A DNA stretch of 64,000 nucleotides from Octopus sinensis (lineage: Eukaryota). The notes beneath the pieces were generated by a model. That model saw nothing but the letters and a program-made list of their open reading frames with translations, made no database searches and was not told the origin of the DNA. The stretch is from positions 7,068,001 through 7,132,000 of the forward strand of contig NC_043014.1 in assembly GCF_006345805.1 (NCBI RefSeq). Reading direction: 5' to 3'. The position numbers were made by a program, and so were the translations under genes. The stretch's first letter is position 1. Every line of letters begins with the position of its first letter. Shown piece after piece: positions 36,120 through 47,422 of this stretch.

Positions 36120-36605
36120 GACATTTAGATTTTCTGTTTGGGAAAGAGAGAGCCATGTGTTATTAAAACATCAATTTCGTTATCAGACCAATTCGTCTGT
36201 TGCAGGCCTGCAAGTTAGTCATGTTTGTTTTTCTTTTGTTTGTTTTCCTTTTGATTTTTGAAAATATATATTCTTTCTTGGGAGTTAAAGAAGTGTATAT
36301 ATATATAAATGTTCTCTCTTAAGGGTGTGAGTTTTTGATTATTTGGTTGTTTAAGGATATTAAAAGAAAAACAGGTGTATAAACAATTTGTAGTTAAATG
36401 AAAACGTACTTACGGGTTTGTAGGCAAACACGTGGTTACAAATATATATATATTTAAGGTCAGTAGTTTTGAAGCTGTGTAGCTTGCTACTGACTTGGGA
36501 GAGAAACAAATAGACGTCCGTCCACTCCAACAGTAATCCATATATATATATACATATATATATATAATATATTATATATTATATATAGTATATTATATAT
36601 ATAAT

Positions 36606-36648
<43 letters not shown>

Positions 36649-36749
36649 TATATATATATATATATCATATATATACATATATAATATCTATATATATACA
36701 TATATATATATATTATACATAATACATATATATATATATATATATATTA

Positions 36750-39700
36750 CATATGATTGATGATTGATGATTGATTCCAGTTTCAGCTTATGAGCTGTGG
36801 CCATGCTGGGGCACCGCCATTTGGTGTTGCTACTTGGTTTCACTTCATGGAGGCTTTCTAGCAACTGCTATTTGGTGCATGAGAGAGTTCGATGCAGCTG
36901 CCCTCATCTGCCCCTCCTGCCGTGAAGTTGGTTCATCTGGGACACCTGACAGGAAGAGATCCAGCTCCATTTTAAAGACATCTGTATCCACCCCATGCAG
37001 GTCTCTCAGGTTCATCGGGAGGATATTGAAGAGCTGTGGGCCTCGGAAGCCCAGGCTATCACAGAATCTTGTCCTACATCTTGATGGCAAGTTTGGAGTC
37101 CTAGGCACCACGCAGTGGCGCCCAGTTCTGGCGTTTGCGTAACTCTCGATGCCAAAGTTCAGGACACTTCCCTCCAGGATCTTCCAGATGTATATTATGG
37201 CATATCTTTCCCGCCTACGCTCCAGGGAATATAATTTTAATCTCTTGAGTCTTTCCCAGTAGCTTACATTCTGCATAGAGGCTATCTTCTTCGTGTAGCT
37301 TCGTTGGATCGCCTCAAGTTCTGTGATCAACTTGACACTGGATGGTGACCATAGCTGAGAGCAATAGTCAAAGTGACTTAGGACAAGTGTCTTCCAGAGG
37401 ACCATCATGGTTTCTTGTTCTCTTGTTCTAAAGGTTCTAAGAATCCATCCAGCCAGCCGTCTGCATTTCATTGTCAGTTTAGCAACATGTACATGAAAGG
37501 TCGCGTCATCACTCATGTGAATACCCAGGTCACGCACTGATTGTGCCTCTGGGATTGCAATCCCTCCGGTCCAGTGTATTCTTGGGTATTGCATTCAGTT
37601 TTGCATGCTGATAGTATAAAGCTTGAACTTTTCAGCATTGAACTGCATGCTATTCTTTTCAGCCCACTTGTATATTTCGTCCAGCTCATATTGCAGGTGC
37701 CTAGTGTCTTCAGGGTTCTGTATTGCCTGTGAAAATTTTGTATCATCTGCATAACTTGTGATCGTGGCTCTCCGCGTGGCTGAGGGCATGTCTGAGAGGG
37801 CCATTATGAACAGTAGTGGTCCAAAACAGTGCCCTGTGGAACACCGCTCACTATTTGCGTGCTAATGGAAGTGGCCCCATTGGCTACTACCACCTGACTT
37901 CTATTCTTCAGAAAGTCGTGAAGCCATTCTCCTAGTTTTCCAACTATGCCAAGATCACGCAGTTTGTGACATATCATTCCATGATCGACTTTATCGAAGG
38001 CCTTTGCGAAGTCGAGATATATGACTTCCACATTTGAGTGGTTGAGCAGTTGTTTCAGCACCCAGTCATAGTGCTGCAGGAGCTGAGTTAAGCAGCTTCT
38101 TCCTGGTCGGAAACCATGTTGGGTGTCAGGCAGCAAGTCATTTTCTTCAAGGAAGGTGATTATTCCTTCTGACTATTCGTTCCATGACCTTGCTGATGTG
38201 TGAGGTCAGAGAGATAGGTCTGTAGTTCTTGGCCTCCGCTCTGCTACCTCCTTTATGAATAGGGCATATTTTACCTTCCTTCAGTTTTCTTGGAAGTTTG
38301 CCAGCTGCAAGGAAGCTCTGAAAGAGGAACTGCAGTGGTCTTGCTAAGACTCTCTTACATACTTTTAGGAGGATTGCCGGGAATCCATCGGGGCCAATAG
38401 CTGAGTCTATTTTCATTTCATCTATAGCCTTTATTACATCGTCTTCCTTTATATCGATGTAATTTAACGTCGCCGCCTCTGATTCTATATCTGCAGTGGT
38501 AAAAAAGTCAGTCGGATTGCTGATTTGGAAATGCCCAAGGGGTGGAGTGAAAACACTCTTGAATTGTTCATTCAGTATTTCACTTACCCTCATTGGTTTT
38601 CCTGTGAGTGTGCCATCGTTTCCTACAGTGCACCGTAGCTGTTTCTTTGGCATACCTGTAGAAAGCTCTGGGGTTAGTTTTTATGTTGTCTATAGCCCAG
38701 GCTTCTTTGTCTGCTCTTTCCTTCTCATGGGAGAGTTGCAGACAATTTTCAACAGTTTTATTTTCAGGCGGGACTTTTCACTGCTTTCAATTTGTTTGTT
38801 TAGGCGATTTGAGATTTTGTGCGCCGTCTCATTAAAATTTTCTCTCTCTGGGGATTTTGTTCTTGTGTACAGTGGCCTTTCTCTCTGGGACACATTTGTA
38901 GCATATGGCTTGCATTACAGACATGAATTGTTGAAGTATCATGTCGATGTCCGGCGAGAGAGAGACATTCAGGCCAGTTTGTTTGAGGATCTCTTTCTCA
39001 ATTTGTTTCCAGTTTGCCTTATTGAAGTTCAAGCTGGAAAGATTCTGAGGGTTTCTTGTAGACTGCATGTCCGTGCTCTCTTTTGGCCCGTACATGGTCA
39101 GCTTTACCATGTTGTGATCCGAGAGTAGTGTCGGTGTCACTTTCACATTATGGATGAGATCCATATTATTGTGAAGCAGAGATCCAGTGTGTTACCCGCT
39201 CTGGTTGGTTGAGTATTATACTTGCTCCATGTACAGGGTGTTGGTGAGGTTCAGGAGGGACCTCGCCTGTCCTCGTTCACATCTTGTCATTCCTGGGAGA
39301 GAAAGGCCCTCGGGCCATCTGACATTCGGTAGATTGAAGTCTCCATGAGAAGTACACTTATGTGTTGTTCTAATGTGGTTAGAACTTCTTCTATTTTTAA
39401 AAGGCAGTCCTCAAACTTGCCCATATGACTTGGGGCATCTGGAGGGCGATATGTAGCACACACAACTACATCAAGTTGCCTTATGTGTACAATTAGTGTG
39501 TCACACACCGAGTTTGAGTATGACAAAAGGACCTGGGGTGTGAGGTTCCCACGGATGTACATAGCAACTCCTCATGATTCTCCTTTCCTTCCTGTCGGTC
39601 CGTAGTACAACATACTGTGGTATGTGTAATTCCGCATCTGCTATGTCCGGTTTCAGATGCGTTTCTGTGAGCGCTATGCATAAGGCTTGATTGCATGCGA

Positions 39701-40203
39701 CAAAGTCTCTCAGGAACGGGACTTTTGTCCTGTTACTGTGTGTTAGTAGTCCTCTGATGTTCAGTAGGAGCATCGAGGTGAGGTGTATGCTGTTGCCGGT
39801 GGTGTCCACCCTGGGTCCATCTGCTGTGACGGTCTTGTGAACCGTGGGCAGTTCCATCTGCGAGCCTGAGCCTGATGGAGCCAGGTTAGCTGCTGTACAA
39901 TCTTTTGTGCCATGCACAAAAAAGATTCCTGCTCAGCAGCTGCCCTTTCAAACAACACGTTGGTGGTTTGTGGTACGCACCACATCTGCGTACCTCCGTT
40001 TTGGCCGGTGATGCTGGTCCATCCCATTTCCTTTCGGGGTTGGTTCTGTGGCAGGGTCCCGGATGTGCAAAGCGCAGCTGCACCTTCTCTCTCCATGCCG
40101 GCAGGCACCTTTCAGGTAGAACCTCATACCCGTGTGCGCTGCTTGTTTCCATCCTTTTTGCATATGGACAGTTAGGTTTGCCTCTATCCCTGGCTGCCTT
40201 GCC

Positions 40204-40205
<2 letters not shown>
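36750..40205 (-). mobile_element. Second CR1/L2-group LINE (LINE-b), truncated in ORF1, (ATCAATC)n-type tail
   Basis: APE-RT fragments and decayed CCCH motifs at 39900-40200 ([12 protein letters not shown]..(F)AHP); flanked by (TA)n at 36540-36750 and 40205-40510. Confidence 0.9.
36845..39917 (-). pseudogene. LINE-b ORF2, multiple frameshifts
   Basis: LLLNIRGL, IALTETHL, ATYRPP, LLSDHNMV, NYRPISLTSH, QHGFRPGRSC, YLDFAKAFDKVDH, SGVPQGTVL, YADDTK, YSLERRRERY. Confidence 0.95.
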
Positions 40206-40235
<30 letters not shown>

Positions 40236-40304
40236 CATATATTACATACATATATATATATATATATATCTATATATATATATTATATATATATATATAT
40301 ATAC

Positions 40305-40335
<31 letters not shown>

Positions 40336-40336
40336 C

Positions 40337-40368
<32 letters not shown>

Positions 40369-40370
40369 CT

Positions 40371-40405
<35 letters not shown>

Positions 40406-40445
40406 TTATATATATATATATTATTATACATATATATACATATAC

Positions 40446-40511
<66 letters not shown>

Positions 40512-40567
40512 AGATCAGAAATATTAAATTTCTAATCTCTCATAAAGATATGTACGGTGGTGGGGCG

Positions 40568-40763
40568 ATAGAATGGTTGTATATTGTCAATCTAACGTGA
40601 ACGTGACAGTAGGGGGTCACACCACCGCTGTTTAGCCCTAGGAAGCATCGACGCCATGTGTCGAAGCCATCAGGAAGCGTCGATGCTTCCTAGGGTTAAA
40701 CAGCGGTGGTGTAACCCCCTAATGTCACGTTCACGTTAGATTGACAGAATACAACCATTCTAT
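40568..40763. repeat. Fold-back: 87-bp arms, 22-bp spacer
   Basis: 40568-40654 vs 40677-40763 are near-perfect reverse complements. Confidence 0.9.
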
Positions 40764-40847
40764 ATAGGGAGAGTTCAGGAAAAAACAAAAGACGAAGACA
40801 GGTGGTGTAGAAAACAAACAGTATAACGCTCAGGAATTGAAAAAAAG

Positions 40848-40884
40848 TCCTTTACGTTTCGAGCCTACGCTCTTCTACAGAAAG
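40848..40884 (-). ncRNA. Degenerate minimal hammerhead-like motif
   Basis: Minus strand cttt-CTGTAGA-a-GAGC-gtag-GCTC-GAAAC-GTA-aagg. Confidence 0.4.
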
Positions 40885-41056
40885 GGACACAGAAAAAAAC
40901 AAGGAGAGAAAAAAATGTATGTAGTGGCTACCGATCTATCATGACAACTATCATGTGTATATATATTATATATATATATATATACCGGAGTAAACACATA
41001 AATGTGAAACAAGGTGGAAAAAATAGTACTCAAATACCAGTGGTAGAGTAATATGC

Positions 41057-41212
41057 TTTATTTTAAGCAGCAGAAGATTCAACAAAATCTGTTACTCTGA
41101 GTTTCTCATTGCCGTTCATCAGACAGTTTTTGCTAGAAAAAACTGTCTGATGAACGGCAACGAGAAACTCAGAGTAACAGATTTTGTTGAATTTTCTGCT
41201 GCTTAAAATAAA
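41057..41212. repeat. 156-bp near-perfect palindrome centred on CTAG
   Basis: TTTATTTTAAGCAGCAGAA...ACAGTTTTT-gCTAGa-AAAAACTGT...TTCTGCTGCTTAAAATAAA. Confidence 0.95.
41142..41180 (+). ncRNA. Hammerhead-like motif (mirror copy on minus strand in left arm)
   Basis: aCTGT-CTGATGA-acggcaacga-GAAAC-TCAGA-GTA-ACAG; stem I CUGU/ACAG; stem II weak. Confidence 0.55.
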
Positions 41213-41249
<37 letters not shown>

Positions 41250-42034
41250 GTTGATAGAACACCCTGCTTTTCCCTGCCCTGAGGTAAAAGATGGGACGGT
41301 CACCTCTTTTTCCTTCGAGTAAGGAAAAATATCTTTAACCATAAGTCTGCTCGACCAGGGACATCTTAGAAATACACGACCACAACGACAAATAACTTTT
41401 TTCCGCTGCGTACAAACAAAACTTACATGTAGATTTTGCAAACATCACGAAATCTTTCAGAAACACACACAGCCTTCTATGTAAACACAGATTTTAAAAG
41501 AAAATATGCAAAAATAAATTCCTGGAAAGTGCTTGATTGCTATAACATTTCTACTATTCAGAAATAGGCGTTGCGTGCAGAATTTTGTGATGTTGGCAAA
41601 AAAAACAAACTTATAATACGCATACGATATTAGTTTTTAGCAAATTTAAAATATAATAAGATATAATATTTCGCATTTAGCTACGGGGATTACGGCAAAA
41701 AGTTGTTGTTGTTCTTGTTCTTGTTGTTCTTGTTGTTCTTGTTGCTGTTCTTGTTCTTGTTCTTGTTGTTCAAGTCTTTTCCTTATTTTTTTTTGTTTTT
41801 TTTTTCTTGTTTTGTTTTTGTTTCTTTGCTTTTGCTTGCTGGTTTTCATGCGTGAAAATCGTATTTATCGATGATTTTTAGGTTTGGTTTGATTCTGTTC
41901 TATTGACGAGATATAACAGGCGGCAACATATAATTAGTTATTCCTTATTATCTGCAAAAAAAAAAATAATAAGATGAAGCTGCCATTTCCTAAAGCACGT
42001 AAATTAAAATTTGACAACTGCATTATTTCGCTTT

Positions 42035-43314
42035 TGGATTTGGATTGCAAGATTCTGGATTAGATTGGATTTGGATTGCAAGATTCTGGATTAGATTGGA
42101 TTTGGCTTGCAAGATTCTGGATTGAATTGGATTTGGTTTGCAAGATTCTGGATTGGATTGGATTCGGTTTGCAAGATTCTGGATTGGTTTGCATTTGGTT
42201 TGCAAGATACTGGATTGGATTGGATTCGGTTTGCAAGATTCTGGATTGGATTGGATTTTGTTTGCAAGATTCTGGATTGGATTGGATTTGGTTTGCAAGA
42301 TTCTGGATTGGATTGGATTCGGTTTGCAAGATTCTGGATTGGATTGGATTTTGTTTGCAAGATTCTGGATTGGATTGGATTTGGTTTGCAAGATTCTGGA
42401 TTGGATTGGATTCGGTTTGCAAGATTCTGGATTGGATTGGATTTGGTTTGCAAGATTCTGGATTGGATTGGATTCGGTTTGCAAGATTGGATTGGATGGA
42501 TTCGGTTTGCAAGATTCTGGATTGGATTGGATTTGGTTTGCAAGATTCTGGATTGGATTGGATTCGGTTTGCAAGATCTGGATTGGATTGGATTTTGTTT
42601 GCAAGATTCTGGATTGGATTGGATTTGGTTTGCAAGATTCTGGATTGGATTGGATTCGGTTTGCAAGATTCTGGATTGGATTGGATTTTGTTTGCAAGAT
42701 TATGGATTGGATTGGATTTGGTTGCAAGATTCTGGATTGGATTGGATTCGGTTTGCAAGATTCTGGATTGGATTGGATTTTGTTTGCAAGATTCTGGATT
42801 GGATTGGATTTGGTTTGCAAGATTCTGGATTGGATTGGATTCGGTTTGCAAGATTCTGGATTGGATTGGATTTGGTTTGCAAGATTCTGGATGGATTGGA
42901 TTCGGTTTGCAAGATTCTGGATTGGATTGGATTCGGTTTGCAAGATTCTGGATTGGATTGGATTTGGTTTGCAAGATTCTGATTGGATTGGAATTCGGTT
43001 TGCAAGATTCTGGATTGGATTGGATTTTGTTTGCAAGAAGATTCTGGATTGGATTGGATTGGATTGGTTTGCAAGATTCTGGATTGGATTGGATTCGGTT
43101 TGCAAGATTCTGGATTGGATTGGATTCGGTTTGCAAGATTCTGGATTGGATTGGATTTTGTTTGCAAGATTCTGGATTGGATTGGATTTGGTTTGCAAGA
43201 TTCTGGATTGGATTGGATTCGGTTTGCAAGATTCTGGATTGGATTGGATTTTGTTTGCAAGATTCTGGATTGGATTGGATTTTGTTTGCAAGATTGGATT
43301 TGGTTTACAAGATT
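42035..43314. repeat. 31-bp minisatellite, ~41 copies
   Basis: Unit GGATTGGATTGGATT(C/T)(G/T)GTTTGCAAGATTCT. Confidence 0.95.
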
Positions 43315-43679
43315 ATGTGAGCTCGTGTGTTGAAGCATATTCTATTGTGTCTAGGGAGAGTCATTCTCTTTTAGTGCCTCATAATTTAACACACTCACCG
43401 GTTAAAATTTCCACTCATTTCCTTCTTTATTTTTCTAAAATTTTCTTTATGTCTTGCAACCCTTTCAGGGGGGAAATTTTGCCGGTGAGTCTGTTAAATT
43501 ATAAGACACTAAAAGAGAGAAGACTCTCCCCAGACACAACTGAATTATTAATTTCTTCAAATTACCTCCCTTTTCTATTATGTTTGTTGCTAACTGCCGC
43601 TAAGCATTTAATTTCTTCGTCCAAATTTCTGTCTCCTCTATTGACCTGTTTCTTTGATTTCACTATACATCACTGATCA

Positions 43680-43810
43680 CAGTGTACTTCCATTCTTGCC
43701 TTGATTGCTCTCTTCATATCTATTTGTCCTACAGCTGTTTAACTATGTTGCCTTCCCATCGTCTTGGACGTCTTCTCCGTCGTCTCTTCGGTAATGAGGG
43801 GCCCAACACA
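43680..43810 (-). pseudogene. RTE-like LINE 3' end fragment
   Basis: KRRRRRRPRRWEGNIVKQL...SRQEWKYTV resembles the RTE terminal GRPRRRWEDNI...DRxEWR. Confidence 0.45.
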
Positions 43811-43816
43811 AAGACA

Positions 43817-44270
43817 CACACGGGTAGCTTCAAAAAGTTCCTAGTCTTGTTCTGTAACGCGCCAACAGATGGCAGCACACGGTTGCGTGCGCAGTGAGAG
43901 CTAACGGTGACCTTCATGAGGTAGAGTGCCATGTGACATAGCTGTGTTTACTTTGCAAGTTGTGAAATTTGAGTTTTTGTGATCACGTGTATGCTGGAGT
44001 CTGCGACTTTTTGCCATGAACAGAAAGTTGGAACAAAGAACAAACGGGAAATTTTACGTTAAACTTAAGAAATTTCCTGTAGAGATATCGAACCTGCTTC
44101 GGCAAGATTACGGTGACGAGACAATGGGTCGTACGCAATGTTGCATGTGGCACAAGCGCTTCAAAACCGGAAGAACGTCCATAGGCGTTTTTGTCTTTTT
44201 TGTTTCTTGGTTTTCCGTGGCGTTGTGCATCGAGAATTCATCCCCGATTGTTTCAACTCACGTAACTAAG
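43817..44270 (+). mobile_element. Mariner 5' fragment (TIR + N-terminal HTH of transposase)
   Basis: CACGGGTAGCTTCAAAAAGTTCC start; ATG 44016 MNRKLEQRTNGKFYVKL...LLRQDYGDETMGRTQCCMWHKRFKTGRTS. Confidence 0.75.
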
Positions 44271-44274
44271 CTAG

Positions 44275-44670
44275 AGCAATAAGAAAAAAAATTGTTAGTT
44301 CACAGAATAAGAGCTTGGTCATAGATATAGCATGCCCAGCTGACAACAAGGTAGGCGATAAGGAAGAAAGAAAAGTCGATAGGTATGACAGGTTAGCTTG
44401 GGAAGTTAAGCAGTTGTGGTCGATGAAAAAGGTAGCCGTTGTACCAATAATTGTCGCAGCCCTGGGAACGGTAGGCAAAAATCTCGAGAAGTACGTGGAA
44501 GAAATAGGGGCTGCAATAAGGGTCGAGCACTTGCAGAAAACAGTACTGCTTGGAACCGCTCGAATACTCCGGAAGGTGCTCGAAAAATAAGGAGTGCTAC
44601 CTTAGTTCACTTGTAGTGAACAGCTGACACTGTCGTACATCTCCAGCGTTAGAAGCTGTGCAAAGGCAAT
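44275..44670 (+). pseudogene. 3' end of an R4/Dong-like RLE retrotransposon
   Basis: VIDIACPADNKVGDKEERKVDRYDRLAWEVKQLW...VVPIIVAALGTV...LQKTVLLGTARILRKVL; followed by (AAT)n. Confidence 0.8.
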
Positions 44671-44674
44671 AATA

Positions 44675-44730
<56 letters not shown>

Positions 44731-44899
44731 CATTTCTACTACAGGCAAAAGACCTAAAATTTGGGGGCAGGGATTAAGTCGATTACATCGATCCCAGTGT
44801 TTCACTGGTACATAATTTTTCGACCCGGAAAAGATGAAAAGCAAAGCCGGCCGCGGCAGAATTTGAACTCAGAACGTGCAGGCAGACGAACTGTTGCTA

Positions 44900-45150
44900 A
44901 GCTTTTCGTCTGTCTGCACGGACAAGGTTGTTTATGGAAGACCAGACTCCCGCTTTCCACGCCACTGGTGTTATCCAAAGGAAAAGCAAAGGGGGTCGAT
45001 ACAGCTTGGTGCCAGTGACATCACTACTCATTTCTACAGATGAGTGAACTGGAAAAACATGAAATAAAGAGTCTTGCTCAAGAACGCAACACACAGTCTG
45101 GTCTAGGAATCGAACTCACTAACTTATGATTGTGAGCCCGACGCTCTAAC
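44900..45150 (-). mobile_element. SINE family D (CORE-like), partial
   Basis: Minus strand GAGTTCGATTCC...TGTGTTGCGTTCTTGAGCAAGACTCTTTATTTCA...CCAGTTCACTCATCTGTAGAAATG. Confidence 0.6.
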
Positions 45151-46972
45151 TGAGTCATATATACATGCATACATACATAATACAGTCAGACAGACAGACA
45201 TGCCTACATAAATATATACATGCATACATACAAAACTTTCTACAAGTTTATCTGTTAAATATATTATGAGAATGTCTTCATATGCAAATATATGCATGAG
45301 AATACATAAATAAAGCAAGACATACAAATCTGTACATATGCATATAAATACATTCATACATACATATATACATACATACATACATACATACAAAAATACT
45401 CTGTTGTTGGTGTCGGAATTCTAATGAAGGAGCCTTGGATCTAGGTCAGAAACAGGCTCTTTCTCCATTAGCAAGAAATTTTGAAATAAAACAAAATAAA
45501 GACGTACATACATACATACATACATGCTTACATACATATATACATACATGCATGCATGCATACATGCATGCATGCATGCATACATGCATACATTCATACA
45601 TACATACATGCATGATTGCATACATACATAACTACATACATGCATACATGCATGCATGCACGCATGCATACATACATGCAAGCATGCATGCGTGCATACA
45701 TACATACATACATAAATACATACATACATGCATGCATGATTGCATACATACATACATGCATGCATGCAAACATGCATACATGCATACATGCATGCATGCA
45801 TACATGCATACATTCATACATATATGCATGATTGCATACATACATAACTACATACATGCATACATGCATGCATGCACGCATGCATACATACATGCAAGCA
45901 CGCATGCATGCATACATACATACATACATAAATACATGCATACATACATACATGCATGATTGCATACATACATGCATGCATGATTGCATACATACATACA
46001 TGCATGCATGCATACATGCATACATGCATACATGCATGCATGCATACATGCATACATACTTACATACATGCATACATGCATACATTCATACATACATACA
46101 TACATACATACATACATACATACATGCATAAATGCATACATACATACATACATACATACATGCATACATACATGCATACATACATACATACATGCATACA
46201 TACATGCATACATACATATATATATGCATAAATGCATACATACATACATACATTCATACATACATAAATACATGCATGCATACATGCATACATACTTACA
46301 TACATGCATACATACATACATTCTTACATACATACATGCATACATACATGCATACATACATACATGCATACATACATGCATACATGCATACATGCATGCA
46401 TACAAACATACATATATGCATAAATGCATACATACATTCATACATACATGCATACATGCATACATACATGCATACATACATACATACATGCATACATACA
46501 TGCATACATACATGCATACATACATGCATACCTGCATACATTCATACATACATACATACATACATGCATACATGCATACATACATGCATACATGCATGCA
46601 TACATACATACATATATGCATGCATACATGTATACATACATGCATACATGCATACATACATGCATACATACATGCATATATGCATGCATACATGCATACA
46701 TGCATGCATACATGCATACATACATGCATACATACATACATACATATATGCATAAATGCATACATACATACATACATACATACATACATACATGATTGCA
46801 TACATGCATGCATGCATACATACATACATGCATACATACATACATGCATGCATACATGCATGCATACATACATACATACATATATACATGCATACATGCA
46901 GACATACATGCATACATACATACATACATGCATGCATACATGCATACATACATACATACATACATACATACA

Positions 46973-47003
<31 letters not shown>
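45130..47003. repeat. ~1.9-kb (CATA)/(CATG)n microsatellite
   Basis: Direct reading. Confidence 0.95.
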
Positions 47004-47270
47004 TATAGAGGTCAACTACTCAGCAGATGTAAATGTACAATCAAAATTGCCGGAAAAAAACATTATTGGCGAATAATGCGGAACTTACAACACTTGTACC
47101 CTCATTATGTATTCTCATTTATACCTATCATTAGGTTATGTACCAGCAAATTTGCCAAAAAGTACAAGGTTTCAAGGGAAAAGATCAGAAGAAACTGACA
47201 CGGATTCTTCAAATCCAATTTATTAGTGGCACAGTGTAGATCTGTAAGACATTCTCAAAATTCTCCATCT
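47003..47270 (+). pseudogene. RLE 3' fragment related to 5690-6158
   Basis: IIEVNYSADV...MRNLQHLYPHYVFSFIPII parallels IIEVSCPTDI...LRNLQLLYPDYEFIFIPII. Confidence 0.6.
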
Positions 47271-47422
47271 CCGATTCTTATGTGAATCGATGCAGTTCAA
47301 GCAACACACCAACTCAGCCATATATTTACAAACAGCGTAGTCTCGCTTAACTCGAAAAGTTTTGTTACCTTATCAACGAACGGCTTGAACTCTCTCAAGA
47401 ACTCAAATTAAACTATGGTGCT

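Larger units (their letters stand above)
31925..36540 (-). mobile_element. Apparently full-length CR1/L2-group LINE (LINE-a), (TATCAAAG)n tail
   Basis: 5' UTR, ORF1, APE-RT ORF2, 3' hairpin and (TATCAAAG)3 tail; (TA)n on both sides. Confidence 0.9.

Noticed and set aside
42035-43314. CRISPR-like array
   Set aside because: Units are contiguous with no unique spacers; the context is eukaryotic and there are no cas genes.
42023-43676. Long ORFs (up to 512 aa) on both strands
   Set aside because: They are translations of a 31-bp tandem repeat lacking stops; frames rotate with the unit and there is no coding signature.
45421-47198. His/Tyr/Met/Cys-rich ORFs (also at 6100-6573, 9671-10325, 23266-25097, 31171-31729, 56743-57347)
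   Set aside because: Pure microsatellite translations.
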